The position numbers were made by a program, and so were the translations under genes. The notes under the pieces were generated by a model. That model saw nothing but the letters and a program-made list of their open reading frames with translations, ran no database searches and was not told where the DNA came from. Positions 22,701 to 36,547 of a DNA stretch of 64,000 nucleotides are shown here, one piece after another. Every line of letters begins with the position of its first letter. The stretch's first letter is position 1. Source of the stretch: Octopus bimaculoides (lineage: Eukaryota); NCBI RefSeq assembly GCF_001194135.2, contig NC_068990.1:92734648-92798647 (forward strand). Direction: 5' to 3'.

Positions 22701-25700
22701 ATGAGGACAAATATCCGTCAGATATAAATAATGAAGCTTTTTTTCCTTTAATAGAATTAAATGAATTAATGATGGTATCATTGATTGCAGTGGAATTCAC
22801 ATGGTTATGACTTAGCAAGACAATTTGGCAACAAGTTTACTTACGTATCTCCAGTCTGGTTACAAGTGAAGAGAAGACCAAGCGGTGCTTACGTTGTACA
22901 AGGAGAACATGACATTGATAGAAGTAATTATATTTCTGACATTGTCCTTGTTGTTGTTGTTGTTGTTACTATTGGAACCGTGTTGATCTGTTCATGGTCA
23001 CAACTATAATTAACATTAATAGAAATAATTATCATATTTGTGTGTGCATTAAATGATTTATGTCTTTTACTTTCTCTCCCTTATTATATATATATATCAT
23101 CATCATCATCGTTTAAATATCAACAACAAAACCGATGGTCTTCACTGAATGACCTCTACTAAAGGAACTCAGTGACCAAGCAAATACTAGTATTCAACAG
23201 GACAATACTATGAGGTGTATACAGGTGTATGTAATAAAATAGAAGTTTAATCAATAGTATTCCCACCATGACCACCCTTGCTGTATTCATTGATCCACAC
23301 TACAAATATTTCTCATATTTAACATAAATCTTAATTTAGAATTTTCTCTTAATGAATATATTTTCTTTTGCAGATTGGATTGAAGAGGTCACAAAAGGTC
23401 GCAATACCAAAATCTGTGAGTTATATTTACCCAAGAACTAGTTAATGTTGTAAATGTTGTTATTAAGAATCCTTGATCAGATTCCATAGAGGTGCTGAAC
23501 TGATTCACCTCCTCACATATCCAGTAATCTGCATTTGTTTAATTTATACTGCACTGTTTGCTCCATAGTGTATACCACACCCTGTACATTCAGTGCTAAT
23601 ACACTACATCCCACACTATACAGTGCCCCTAGTGGTTAGGGTGTTGGTGTAGTTCCCTAAATGTAACATCTGATATATGATGATTGTATACTAACAATTT
23701 CCTTTATATCTACCACAGTTCCCTAAATAACTAGTTCCTTTATGTCTACCACAGTTCCCTCTATAACTAGATCCTTTATATTTATCACAGTTCCCTGTAT
23801 AACAAGTTCCTTTATATTTATCACAATTACTTAAATGTAACATTGTTTATATAATGATTATATTAACTATTTCTTTTATATCTACCACAGTTCCTCGAAT
23901 GTTGTTTGATGGTTGGACTGGGGAAGATTATCTTCACTTATTCTCCAGCGAAGATGAAATTGAAGATTGTGTTGAAACTATTTTAAAGTTTATCAAGGTA
24001 TGGCTTACTATCAAGCAGTGCTGTCTTGTTGATTTTGTAGATCACTTCCAGATCAGTTTCCATCCAGTCTGTCTATGATTAAAGATATTCAAGCTGTCAC
24101 CATCCTGTTTTTCATTCAAGCATATTATATCTCTACAACAACTTATCTAATGTGTCTTTTATTTGAACATAGTCTATCTAGGACTACTTATCCAATGTGA
24201 TTTTTCTCTTTTTTTTAACCTTTTTGTTCTTGTATTTCTGTCAAAATGCCTTTGTTCCAATTAATTATGAAAATAGTAAAGTATATAACAAAATACCTTT
24301 GTCGTTGTTGTTGTTCAGTCTTAGGTGATTGCTGATTAAATAAATCAATGATCAGAGGAATTCCAGCCATCATTACTATCCTTTATGCCTGCTATTTCTA
24401 ACAGATCAAGCAACCGTATCAATTAACATTGTAATTTGTGTATATACACTCCAAAATTGTCTCTGTTTTTGCAACCTCTTATATGTTTTTATGTTGTCCT
24501 TGTGACTGAAATAAAGGAATCATTATTCCGCTTTCAATTTAGAATCAAAATTTTCACGGAATAGTCTTGGAGATTTGGTCTCAGCTTGGTGGACACCGTA
24601 AAACGTAAGTTTTATCTTTCACAAACACTAAGAATTGAATTTCTACAAAAATATTCTGATCTAAAACATTTCTCCTTTCCACTACAGCCTTGGTTCAACC
24701 AAAAACTTGTCGGTGGATTTAATAGGTGGAAACTAGAAGAAGGTTGTTGGGTTGTTGAGTGTTTATCATCATCACCATGGCGTCCACTTTTCCCTGCTTG
24801 ATGGAGAGCAGCACAGAGAGGGGAAAGAAGATAGAGAAAGGAGGTGATTGATGGAGACAGAAGGCAGGGGAAGATAGTGAGAAGTGGTTTGGGGTGAAGG
24901 GAAGAAAGGTAACTGGGAAAAGTGGGGGGTGTATTTTGTGCCTATCCTGCTCTTATGTGATAGAGAAGTAGTGGGGAAAAGCTTGACAGGGCAGAGAGGA
25001 TGGGGGTGGGGCAGCGTCCCTTATGGACAAACATTACCAAGGTGGTTTTAGGATATCAATTCTACAATGGTGGACAGGTCTTCTTCAGTATAGCAAGGCT
25101 CCAGTTATCTCAGCCCTTTGTAAGGCTCAGCATCTTGAAATCAGTCGTCAGTATTTCATCCTCTGTGTGTGTATATACAGACACACATATTTATGGTATC
25201 TTTATTATTTTTGCAATTTTCCAGGGATTTGATTCATTTTTTGACCCATATGGGACAGATGTTTCGTGAAGCTGGTCGTGTTCTTATTCTTGTTATACCG
25301 CCATCTTCTGAATCGGGGTAAGAATTTTTTTTTCCTTTCGTACCAATACATGAAAACGTGCTTTCAATTTCTGAAAACCATTTTGTATTCCTTTCAAATA
25401 TCTTTAATTTATGTAGAATATTTCCCATTTAATGAAACAGTTCTATTCAGTATTCATTTTCATGTCTCAAATGTTTTTATATTTATTGTAGTGAAATAAT
25501 ATTTTAATTGTAATCTCAAATCACTACCAAACTATTGCTTTTGAGACTTTGCTGGGGTCACCTAACATTTTCCTATATCTGCTGTTGTATTAGGGGATTA
25601 ATAATGGCATGTTAATTTTGTGTTTGAGAGGCTGTTATAATAACCAATGTTGTTCTATTACAGAACTGAAGGAATGTTCAACAAGAAAGACTTTGATGCC

Positions 25701-28700
25701 CTTTCACCTCACATAGATCAGTTCAGTTTGATGACATATGACTATTCAAATTCATATAAGTAAGTAACAGTATTTCATTGGGTTCCTGTTATACTTTGTG
25801 GTTATTCTGACACCTTATCACCATAGTCTTCTTTCCTTTTGCAGCTGGGGTAGCCATGTGTCTTCTCCACAGTAAGATACCTTATCCTGTGTTTATCATA
25901 CATTCGTCCATCAACCCCTGACATAAATCACCACCCTCAATACTATCTGTCCCCCACCCCAACACTACACCTCCCTCAGTACAGCACCCCCATCAATCAA
26001 GGGGTGTTGTCTTGCCAGCTACTTGGTGACACAAAAAAGCACTCAGTCCACTTTGCTTTGAAAGTAGACTTGGTGACAAGAATGACATTTGGCTGTAAAA
26101 AAATCTGCCTCAGCAAATTTCATCTGACCCATGCAAGTATGAGAAAGTGCAGCAGCAGCAGAAGCTTACTCTGAATATACAAGACATGATGTAGTAGAGT
26201 TGGCAGAGTGATAAAGAATCCTGACAACAGATACGAAAGATGGTAGCTACCAAGTAGACTGCTGACCAGATGTAAGGTGGAGTAGTCTAGTTGAAGTGGG
26301 GGAAGAGCTGACATTAAGGAAATCAGTAAGAGATAACTGCAATGGTATAGCTATGTAATGTGGGTGGATGGATGGTGTCAAATATTGACATACCTGTGCC
26401 CGTGTTGTTATACACACGCACACAAGCATTTATATAAATATTTGTATATATGTATCTAAAATATAGACACCCAATCATATTCATCTGTTTATATGAATAT
26501 TCATCTTTCGGTCTGTTTTTATACATTTAGTTTGCATTCAAATTTCAAAATGTCACATTGTTTAGTTAACACAGATTTTTACATTTTATTTTAATTATTC
26601 ACAGACCTGGTCCAAACAGCCCTCTTGCTTGGATGAAAATGTGTGTTGAGAATTTGGTACCGTTATTAAATACAACATTAAGAAAGAAAATCTTACTTGG
26701 ATTCAATTTCTATGGTTATGATTTTGTTCCTGGATCTGGAGACCCAATTATTGGAAACAAGTTAGTATTAAGATATTTCATATTCAAGCTAAGAAAGAAC
26801 CAGAGAATCAGTACCCAAGCATGGCTACATCCTACACTAGTTGAAGACCATACCACACACTGTAGTCTGTTCATGCTATTTGGCAGTCATCTTTGTCAAG
26901 TGGTGTTTCTGTACAGTCTGATGAATCATTGATGAAAAAACACATTACAATTTAAAAACAGTAAAAATGTTCTTGAAGACCTGTCTTGGTAGTTAGGGTG
27001 TTGCAGTCACAATTGTCAGATCATGATGTTGATGCCAGGACTGGGTGACGCATTGTGTTCATGAGCATCATTTTATGTTGCGCAAAGCCCTCTCAGTTGC
27101 AAATGAAAAAACTCTTGACTAATTTGTATCTCATTCAGGAGTAATGTTGTGGCCTTGGTCATCTATGGAAATCAGGTGACGGCCCTAGAAGTCATAGGAC
27201 TCAAAGCAGTTCTTTTACATTACTTACTTCCCAGGCGTTCGGTGTGGAATGCATGCACCAAGTTTCAGAGCTGTCTTGAGGCCATAATGGAAGCTGAGGA
27301 CAGCTACATTGAATAAACTGTTATCTCCCAGTCACAATCTAGTTAATATTTTTTTATTTTCTCAATTTTTTTAAATTTTGGGATGGGAGACTGTTTTTCT
27401 TTTCTTTTTATGCAAGCTATCAAATTTAGCCCAATCACCCTGTGTGATATAATATCACTATATATCATTCTAATATGTATTGATATGGTAACAGTGTATA
27501 TCAGTATGATAATATATTTCAATATGATTACACTATTGGTTAATATACTGTAACAATATGTGTGGATATGATTTTATATAAATATATGTCGTTCAGATTT
27601 ACAGAAGACAAGTGTAGGAATAACAAGCAGGTGTATTAGTTTAACGCTTGGGAACAATGGAAAAGTCTTCTACGTTTCGAGTCTATGCTCTTTGATAGAA
27701 AGAATTAAGAGTTGGATTGAAATATTTATTTTGTGAAAATTTATTTCTTGTCTTTAATTTCAGATATATTGAAATCTTAAAAAAACATAAACCTGAGATA
27801 AAATGGGACAAAAACAGTTTTGAACATACAATACAATACAAGTAAGTATACTGTAAGGGTACGCAGTAGGTACACTCCTCAACGTAATTACTACCTTTTT
27901 GTGTTTGCTTTTTTCATGCCTGCATAGGTTGGATGACTTCTTTCTAACACAGCATCTCACCAAATGTCACATTCCCGTGAGGTTTGACATCCTGAGACCA
28001 GCTTTCACCATTGCAGTGTGAGGCTTCATCAGATTGATTCGGTACCTGTTGCTGATTGCAGTGAGGACTGAAGCAGCACAGCATACATACATCATCATCA
28101 TCATCATGAGTATCATTTAATGTTCACTTGTTCATGCTTGCATGGGTCAGAGAGAACTTGTTAAAGCAGATTCTCTATGGTCAGATGCCCTTTGCGTTGC
28201 CAGCCCTCACCTGTCTTCAAGCAACGTAATTTTCCTCCATGGCCAAACAGGTTTTCAAGAAAAACTGGAAATGGACACCACTGCTTGTTTACAATCATCA
28301 CATGGTGTCTAGGCAAAGGTACACACACACACATAGGTTTCTTTCAGCTTCTGTCTATCAAAGCCACTCACAAGGCTTTGGTCAGCCCTGGACTTGTCCA
28401 AGGTGCCATGCAGAGGGACTGAACTTGAAACTTCGTGATTGGGAAGCAAGCTTCTTAACCACACGGCCATGCTGTCACCTAACATAGATAAATGATAGGT
28501 AGATAAATAGATAGAGGTGTGTATATGTGCCAGTAGCATTCATTTGAATCTCTTTCTCTCTCTCTCTCTCTCTCTCCCTCCCTCTCTCTTGCTGTTGTGT
28601 ACATACTTTTATCTCCTTCTTCCCTTTTCCTCAGTGTGACAAATTGTTGTCAACAGAGGGAGCTGTCGTTTGTAATATAATAGATGTGAGGCAGCTGAAA

Positions 28701-28942
28701 AATGTCTTCAGCGCTTGTGTGGCCTGGCATCTGCATCTGCAGACTTTACCATTGTGACTTCTATTGCTAATATTAATCTTTCTGGTTACTAATGTTTCAG
28801 GACTGGAATTGGTCAACATATTGTCTACTATCCAACATTGATGTCAATACAAGCCCGGCTGGAACTAGCAGAATATTTACATACAGGCATTTCTATCTGG
28901 GAGATTGGACAAGGGTTGGATTATTTTTACGATCTGCTGTAA
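19774..28942 (+). CDS. CHID1: Chitinase domain-containing protein 1 (SI-CLP, GH18-like), 11 coding exons, 388 aa
   Basis: Exons 19774-19881, 21492-21641, 22791-22923, 23374-23415, 23891-23997, 24543-24604, 25225-25317, 25664-25759, 26605-26760, 27764-27841, 28801-28942; all GT-AG, phases compatible, total 1167 nt. Signal peptide [20 protein letters not shown]; motifs [60 protein letters not shown] match CHID1. Confidence 0.96.
20440..21210 (+). mobile_element. RTE LINE RT fragment in CHID1 intron 1
   Basis: [46 protein letters not shown]. Confidence 0.85.
21860..22570 (-). mobile_element. Tc1/mariner-superfamily transposase remnant in CHID1 intron 2
   Basis: Minus-strand [13 protein letters not shown] and [22 protein letters not shown], typical DDD/E transposase C-terminus; many stops. 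Confidence 0.7.
23651..23890 (+). repeat. Tandem 36-bp repeats that copy the CHID1 exon-5 splice acceptor
   Basis: Acceptor-like CACAG ends at 23718, 23754, 23790 (CACAA at 23826), period 36; the true acceptor ends at 23890. Confidence 0.85.
27240..27445 (+). mobile_element. 3' fragment of the same Tc1/mariner family, inverted relative to the intron-2 copy
   Basis: Reverse complement aligns by eye with 21890-22083 (shared ttgggctaaatttga, attcaatgtagc, aacttggtgcatgcattcc). Confidence 0.7.
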
Positions 28943-30249
28943 CTGCTCTGTCATTCCTGCTGTTAAATATTGAACTTCGAATGTAAAATTCCAATTATGA
29001 AATACTTAAAATGTTAAAAAAAAAACTTAAAAACTCAACTGAAATATTGTTATAAACTGAACGTGTTTCATTTGATTCCAATAATACCAGACATTTGGTC
29101 TGCACTGATCTCACAGAAATAAATCTGAATAAAAAAAAAAAAAACACAGAAAGGAAAATTCTTTTTAAAAAAGGCTGAAGATTTCAACATTTTCAGAATT
29201 TTTTTTTATCTTTTGTTACAAATGTCTTCGGAAGAAAACAAATTAAAATTATTGGTTAAAAAAAAAAAGAAGAATGAAATGAAGCTAGATTTAGTCAAAT
29301 TCTATTGAAGAAAGTGAAAAGAATTAGCTGTAATTGTTTTTACTTCCACATTTTTTTCCATCCATTCCACTGTCTTTTTCAAATCCAAAAGTTTCACAGG
29401 GTTTGATTTTAATAAAAGATTATATATATATATAATATATAAATATATTTACTTTAAAAGAAANNNNNNNNNNTCTTTTATTTTCTTTTTCACTATTTGT
29501 GACATTCCTTTCTAGAAAGATGCCTAAAGATAAGCTCTGTAGACATCAACAATTGTTCTAATTGGAACACTCATTTTTTTTTTTTTTAAGAAATGTGATA
29601 TCAAGACAATTACTGTTTTTTTTTTTTAATTATTTTTTGGCCACCCTTGTCCAAAGAAACTCTCTATATATGCACCAAGTTAACTTCGTATAAAACTATT
29701 TGTCAATCAGTATTCAATTTTTTTTTTTTTCCTGATGGCAAAAAATAAAAATCCTATTTCAGTCCACACTATTTGTGTTTATTTCATTCTAAAAACTGTT
29801 TCTGATATTTCTAAAATGAATTCCAGTTAATTTTTTGAAAGTTTCCATCAAAATTAATTCGTAAAACTCCACTTACATCAAAGTCATCAAGGCACCAATA
29901 TCAATATTGAGATGAGTTTTTCATTACAGATGTTTATACTTGTTGCTAGATATTTTATTGGTCAGTAAAATGGTCATTACTATAACTGTTACCATTATAC
30001 AATGCTTTTGAAGCTTCGTAGAATAAGAGATCTTTTACTTGAAAAACAGATTAGGGTTAGTGACAGGAAGGGCATCTAGCTGCAAAATAATGCCTCAATA
30101 ATATATCCATCTAACCCATGCTGACATAGAAAAAAGGCAACAAAATGAATGAACAAATAGTAGCAATAGATGTATAGAATTGCAAACCTTGTGCCAGCTG
30201 TCCAATATTGAAACCACTCTGTTACAAATGGTTATTTAATGTTTTTATC

Positions 30250-33200
30250 TTACATAAGTACACATCGGTCCTTCAAACGCAGCATTTGACGGTTATGGGG
30301 CCTTTTCCCATTCCACACACCAATATTCCGGCATTCTGTCACAATAAACTCATCAACTTTAACACCATAAAAGACATCATTTAAATCGAGGCTGAGCCGA
30401 GATGACATGTCAAATGGAGAAGGGACACGGATTGCTCGGCTGATCTCTTCTTTGAACAGGGTCCAGTCAAAAGCCCCTCCCAAGTAGTTACGGGTCACGA
30501 GCTCAAGATGGACCTGAGGTAAAGCTGAAAATAAAAATGATTTGCTTAGTGATATGATAGAAACAGTGATTTGGGAGCGGGGGTTTACAGATTCTCCCTC
30601 AGTACATGACTGGTATTTATTGCTCCCTGAAGGATAAAAAGACAATCTGATTGTTACAGGGTTTGTACTTGAAACATAAGAAGGAAACTAAACCATCTTC
30701 ATTTTAATGTCCCCTTTTCCATACTTGCATGGATTGGGGTAGAATTGGTGGGATTTTTCTGCAGCTGGATACCCTTCCTGTCACCAACCTTCACTTGTTT
30801 CCAAGTAAAGTAATACATCTTCATGGCCAGACATGTTTTCCTGGAAGATTGGAAATGAAGGACGCTGCCTGCATAATGGTGACACATTATCACATCATGT
30901 CAAGACAACGTGACACACATATAGGATGGGCTTCTTTCAGTTTTCTTTTACTAAATCTATTCATAAGGCTTTGGTTGGCCCAGGGCTATAGTAGAAGACA
31001 CTTGCTCAACGTACAGTGATGTAGGACTGAACTTGAAACCATGTGGTTGGAAAGCAAACTTCTTAACCATAGAGCCATACCTACACCTCCACACAACCAG
31101 GCCTCTGCCCCTTACAGCCATGTTATAAAGATAATTTCAAGCAGATGGTGTTATAAGATTCTTTTCTACTCTAGGCACAAGGCCTGAAATTTTTGGGGAG
31201 GATGGGGCAGTCGATTAGATCAACCTCAGTATGCAACTGGTACTTAATTTATCAACCCCGAAAGGATGAAAGGCAAAGTCGACCTCAGCAGAATTTGAAC
31301 TCAGAATTGTGTTATAATATTGCTTCATGACCATTTTTAATGTGTTTGTTTCCATGCTGCCGCATAAGTAAGACATTTTTGCTTTCTTCCATCCTGAGTC
31401 AACTTGTCTATGACCTCCATCCCCGAGTCTGCTTTGGCCAACTTCTCTGGTTTCCTGACATCATTTAAGAAAATAATATAAAGACATTGTTGAAGGTGTG
31501 TTGAAGAATTAAATTTCCTGGCATGGATATGTCAACATGTACTGGATACACACACATATATATATATATATACATATATACACATGATTAGCCATATGTA
31601 TGTATGTTTGTTGTCTTTTAATGAACTTTAATGAAGGATTAATTAAAGTAGTTATTACTCTGTAAAAATGTAAGCTGAAGCCAGTCAGTGCCATAAATTG
31701 GCAAAGATTTCCTTCACATCAGTTCATTGAAATTTGGTACAATTTAGAATAAAAAGCAGAAAAGCATAACTTTTACATATAATTCATTGTTTAGATATTC
31801 TCTATAGCAGTTTCAATGCCATGTTACATCATTATTTTTACAATTAGGTAATTAAAATACATAATAATTATTTATTTATTATGGTGACAACATATTTCTC
31901 TGAACTCTTTAATTATTTTCTTTCTCATATTTGAAAAGGAAAATCTTTCCCAAAATATTATAGAATCTTTGAACAACCTATGCAAGGCAATACAATGTCT
32001 TTTCTCTTTCTTTTCATTTATTGACATCACATTACATATTTTGTCCAACTTCTCATCTGCATTACCCCAAAGTTTTTTTTTGTTAAAGATTTATATCATT
32101 TACAATTTATTTCTACATTTTGCTGATATCTGTTTACCTTTTTGTTGATTCAGAAAGTAATATGTTTGTATCACATAGGCAGGGTCGAGAAGATGGAATT
32201 TAACAAACAGATTGTTCATCTCTATGTTGTATTGTTCTTCACTGCACTGTCCAGTGATGATTCGTTTCATTATAAGTCGGGTCCACTCAGGTTGCTTCAG
32301 CCACTGTAGCAAATTCTCAGCCCATTTAGTCCTGCCAGAGACAAAGGAGTCAATAAAGGAAGAACAGACAATTCCTATTTGTGATAATATTTTCATATTT
32401 AACCAATTCATGCAATGAACCAAAGATGTTGGAAGTAAAGAACACTGGTTGTGGAGACCTGAAACAAGAAACTAAACTCATCACCTGGTTTAAAACACCC
32501 TCACACATCGACAACCAGTGTCATCACATTTATAATGACAACTTGATTGCAGACCTTGGCCTGGAATGTATCCAGGACCTTGAGGCAGAGATGATGGACC
32601 AAGAAGTGTGGCGGATGGACTTTGTTGCTGTCGCCCAGGCTGGAACCTGGCCATAATAATAATAAGATCTCAGGTGCCCTGGCCATAATAAAGTCTTGTG
32701 TGCCCTTAAACAGAGTTCACTCTTTTGCAAATATTCATGCTAGGTTTCTGCTCTAAATATAACTTTCTCCCTTCCTTATATCAGCCCAAGAAATCCCAAA
32801 AGGGGTTTACAGCAGCTGTTCTTCCTCCTCTGAGTAAACCATTAAACTCTAAACACTAAAGAGAAAGATACAGATGAAATCTCATATTACGGCTCATCTC
32901 GCAGTCAATTTGAATAGTGTGGTGTTTAATAAATGATTCGCCCAACAATGTTGGCCATGTTTATTGCTAGACAGTCCCTAGCCATAAATATCTCTCTCTC
33001 TGAGGTAGCTTCAATGTCATATTTTATTGGTAACATCACTGAATGTACAAGACTATGAGAATCCAGGATCTGTTGGGAGACATCTCCCCAGCAACATGTA
33101 TCTTTGCTTCTATCTTCAGTGCCATCTGGTGGCTGTCATAACAATGTAATTGACCCCCAGTCATCATTTTATTGATGTCTGCTCACATGTCATTGTAAAG

Positions 33201-34681
33201 TGTCATGAGACTTTATAATCACCGATTTGAAACAGAACAACAACAGACTCCCTGTTGTCACTTGAACCCTCTAACACATCACTTATTGGTTGACGAGATA
33301 CAACAGAACTCCACCTGCCATTCCATCTCCTCAAAGCTTCTAAATTACAATTACTGAACACCCAAGTCGATACCATCGGCTTCAGTATTTGACTCTTATT
33401 TTATCTACTCTGAAAAGAAGAAAGGCAAGCTTGACCTCAGCAATTTACATAAGCACAAGGTCACGCATTTTGATGGAGTAGAATATTTGATTCAATCATC
33501 CCCAATGTTATTTCATTACTCCTGGAAGGATGATATGCAGGGTTGAATGTAAAGGACAATGCTACAGTATAGAGTAGCCCTAGAATGCACCACTGTAGGA
33601 TGTACCACTGCCACCACAACCACAATTAGAACAAGTTGTAAGAATGTGAAAGAAAGCTGCCACTTACCCACCATTGTCCACAAAGTCTTTGAAACATATT
33701 CTGGAAGATTCTTTTACAACTTGTGGGTAGACAAGTGTATAGAGGCAAAAACCTAATGTTAGAAAATTGGAATATATATATATATCTATATCTATATATA
33801 TAAAACTGAGAATGTGTGTATGTCTGTCTGTATGTATGTGTGCATCACAAAACTCAAGAACTACCCAACCGATTTCATTCAAATGTTATACATGCCTTAC
33901 TTAGGGTTCGTGCAGTGTCATGGGCCAAAAAAAGATTTTCAACTTCTTGCCTAATACGAGCCCAGAGCAATCTCTTATCTCTTACACTATTTCAGTATTT
34001 TGTGTCTGTGGCACGTAAAAAACACCATTTGTGCGTAGCCATTGCCAGTACCGCCAGACTGGCCCTTGTGCCGGTGGCACGTAAAAGCACTCACTACACT
34101 AAGGATGGTAGAATGGGCAGTTTGCCTGAGGCAGCACTTTTATAGGAATGGCACTTTGGGGTTTGCTGTATAAGCTCTATAGGCTGTACTAGTCCAGCAG
34201 GAGCAGGGGACAAACTCAGTAACAGCCCCTTGGTCGCTCACACTCTAGCTACAATAATGATAGGGTTTGAATATTTAACAGAATGAGGAATTAGTCTGGA
34301 TCAGAACTTACCAAGTTTTTTCCAAGCCAACCCCGAATAGATTTCATTTAAACTCTTATTCACTTCAGTCCGTCGAATGGTTGTGTGGAAACGAAACTCA
34401 TCTTTATGTCTGCTGATTACATCAGCAGTGATGGCCGTGGACAAATTTGATAGTGAGAAAATTGTCTGATCAATTTCTTGATATAAAGGATTTGGTTTTG
34501 TGTCTGCAAAGAATATTTCATGAACATTTGGTTCCATTTTGAGAGCATTTAGTAAAAGTATCCTGGCAGCTTCTTGCGCCCGGTCTCTACCTTTTTTGTC
34601 ATAAGGAGAGAGATTATAAAGTGTGACAACATTTAGCTTTTTACTGGTCAAACTACAAATTGAAGACCTTGACGAGTTCAT
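30250..34681 (-). CDS. Uncharacterised spliced protein-coding gene (at least 293 aa; possibly 382 aa with upstream exons to 40416)
   Basis: Three ORF-bearing exons 34681-34312, 32374-32138, 30524-30250 join in frame via phase-1 introns (donors G|GTAAGT, AG|GTAAAC; acceptors AAATAG, TTTTCAG), ending ...RLKDRCVLM*. No family recognised; 5' end uncertain. Confidence 0.7.
33787..33975 (+). mobile_element. Helitron/HINE-like 5' segment
   Basis: TCTATATATATAAAA start followed by a gtctgtctgt/atgt microsatellite and ccaaccgatttcattcaaa; a similar segment at ~54155-54330. Confidence 0.45.
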
Positions 34682-35210
34682 TTTCCTGAAGATTCTGATG
34701 GTATATGTATTGTTATTTTTCTAGAATCTGTTCTTTGAGTCCCAATCCTGAGATTCATCACTTCTGTCATACCACATGGAAATACTGAGGAGTTGAATGG
34801 CTTTCTTTAGTAATCGTTGTAAATGTGTGTCTGCTGTCTGAGTCTGAGAGTAAAATATATTAAAATAAGGAACCAAATTAAGATAAGTCTAAGTGGTTTT
34901 AAATTACAAAAGTTAGATTTATAAACTGAAGAAACAGCAGAGCAGCCATGCAGAGTTTTGGAAATATGTTCAAAATTGTGAAAATGTAGAACAAACTATC
35001 AACATCTGTTGTTAGCTGTCAGGACACTAATGCATCTTTCAACAATTCCATGCTTCTCAAAATTCCTGACATGCCCCTGCATTCTTTCCTCTTTATGGCT
35101 CTTTTACTGTTCGCTTCTCTGTCTTTTTTCTGTTTTATCATGTGTATTGTGCATGTACTTTTGGCTTTCATTGCTGTCTTTCTTTACTTAACTTAATAAA
35201 CTGTTTTCTA

Positions 35211-35435
35211 AGGCGGTGAGCTGGCAGAAACGTTAGCTCGCCGGGCAAAATGCTTAGCGGTATTTTGTCTATCTTTACATTCTGTGTTCAAATTCTGCTG
35301 AGATTGACTTTGCCTTCCATCCTTGTGGAGTCGATAAATTAAGTACCATTTGCGTACTGGGATGGATCTAATCGACAGCTCCCCGCCCCATACTCCCTCA
35401 AAAATTTTGGGCCTTGTGTCTAGAGTAGAAAAAAT
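35211..35435 (+). mobile_element. tRNA-derived SINE, family A (core TTTGCCTTTCATCC...GTCGATAAA..GTACCA, Nin/Deu-like)
   Basis: Near full-length copy; others at ~19121-19335 (+), 31160-31310 (-), 41213-41420 (-), 42395-42602 (-), 46500-46700 (-), 50706-50921 (-), 57311-57510 (+). Confidence 0.8.
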
Positions 35436-35970
35436 AAACTGTTTGCTGTCCCTTCTTTTACACTTTTATGACAAATTCGAGTGCACCTGAGCAGTGCATA
35501 CAATAAGTTCATTATAATATTTTTGAAAAATATTCTTGAGAAAACCATGTGCATTATAGTTTCATTTGTAGAGCTATGTAGACTGGGCTTTATATAATTC
35601 TGGTGGTGGTAATCTACTGAAAGACATATGAAAAAAAAAATGTAATTATTATTTCTGTTCTATTAAAGACACAAAGCCTGGAGTTTTGTGTATCCTTAAT
35701 ATAGTTCTCAAGCAAAATTAGTATGGCATATAACAATTATTTTCTTAACTAATTAACAAGTCTTATTATTAACAATGAGTCAACTAATTATAAAACACTA
35801 TTATATAATTATCTCATCAAAATGGAGCATGTCCCAGCTGGTCCAATTTATTTCAGATCAGCTCCACCCATCATTGTAACAATTTTTACTTATTTTTTTG
35901 TCACTTTTTTTTGTTCTATTTATTAATGAAACAATATTCTTGTTTATTTGTGTGTGTGTGTGTGTGCCTT

Positions 35971-35974
<4 letters not shown>

Positions 35975-36066
<92 letters not shown>
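35975..36066. repeat. (CT)n microsatellite
   Basis: Long perfect CT run followed by CA. Confidence 0.95.
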
Positions 36067-36067
<1 letters not shown>

Positions 36068-36508
36068 TTCCCAGCAGCATTCATTCCAAATTCAGCAGAC
36101 CTAATTGAACTTGTTCCTCTCTAATCACATTACACATTTTTTCAATTCAACATCACACATCTTACACTATATAAAGCTCTTCCATCTTACGCACACCACA
36201 TACAGACCTCTACATTCACTGTCCCATGTTTCACAACTCTACATTATTACATATCAGAACAGCCTCCCTTTTAAACTGAACAAATTATGCCATAACATTA
36301 ACCACAGAAGTTATAACTTAAACTGTGTGTGGTTTTCCCCACAATGTCAACTTGACAAAGTTCAGAGTTCCTCTCATTTCACCAGCTGTGGACATACATG
36401 CATAAAAATAGATGTCCTGATAGAATCAGAATGAATCTTTTTGGCTGCATGCTGAGGTGGGAGGTAGAATCCATCAATGAAGGAAATACTAATACACAAA
36501 TATGATGA

Positions 36509-36547
<39 letters not shown>

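Noticed and set aside
23651-23890. CRISPR-like appearance of regular repeats (also 586-915 and 40541-40672)
   Set aside because: Head-to-tail tandem units without unique spacers, no cas genes, eukaryotic context.
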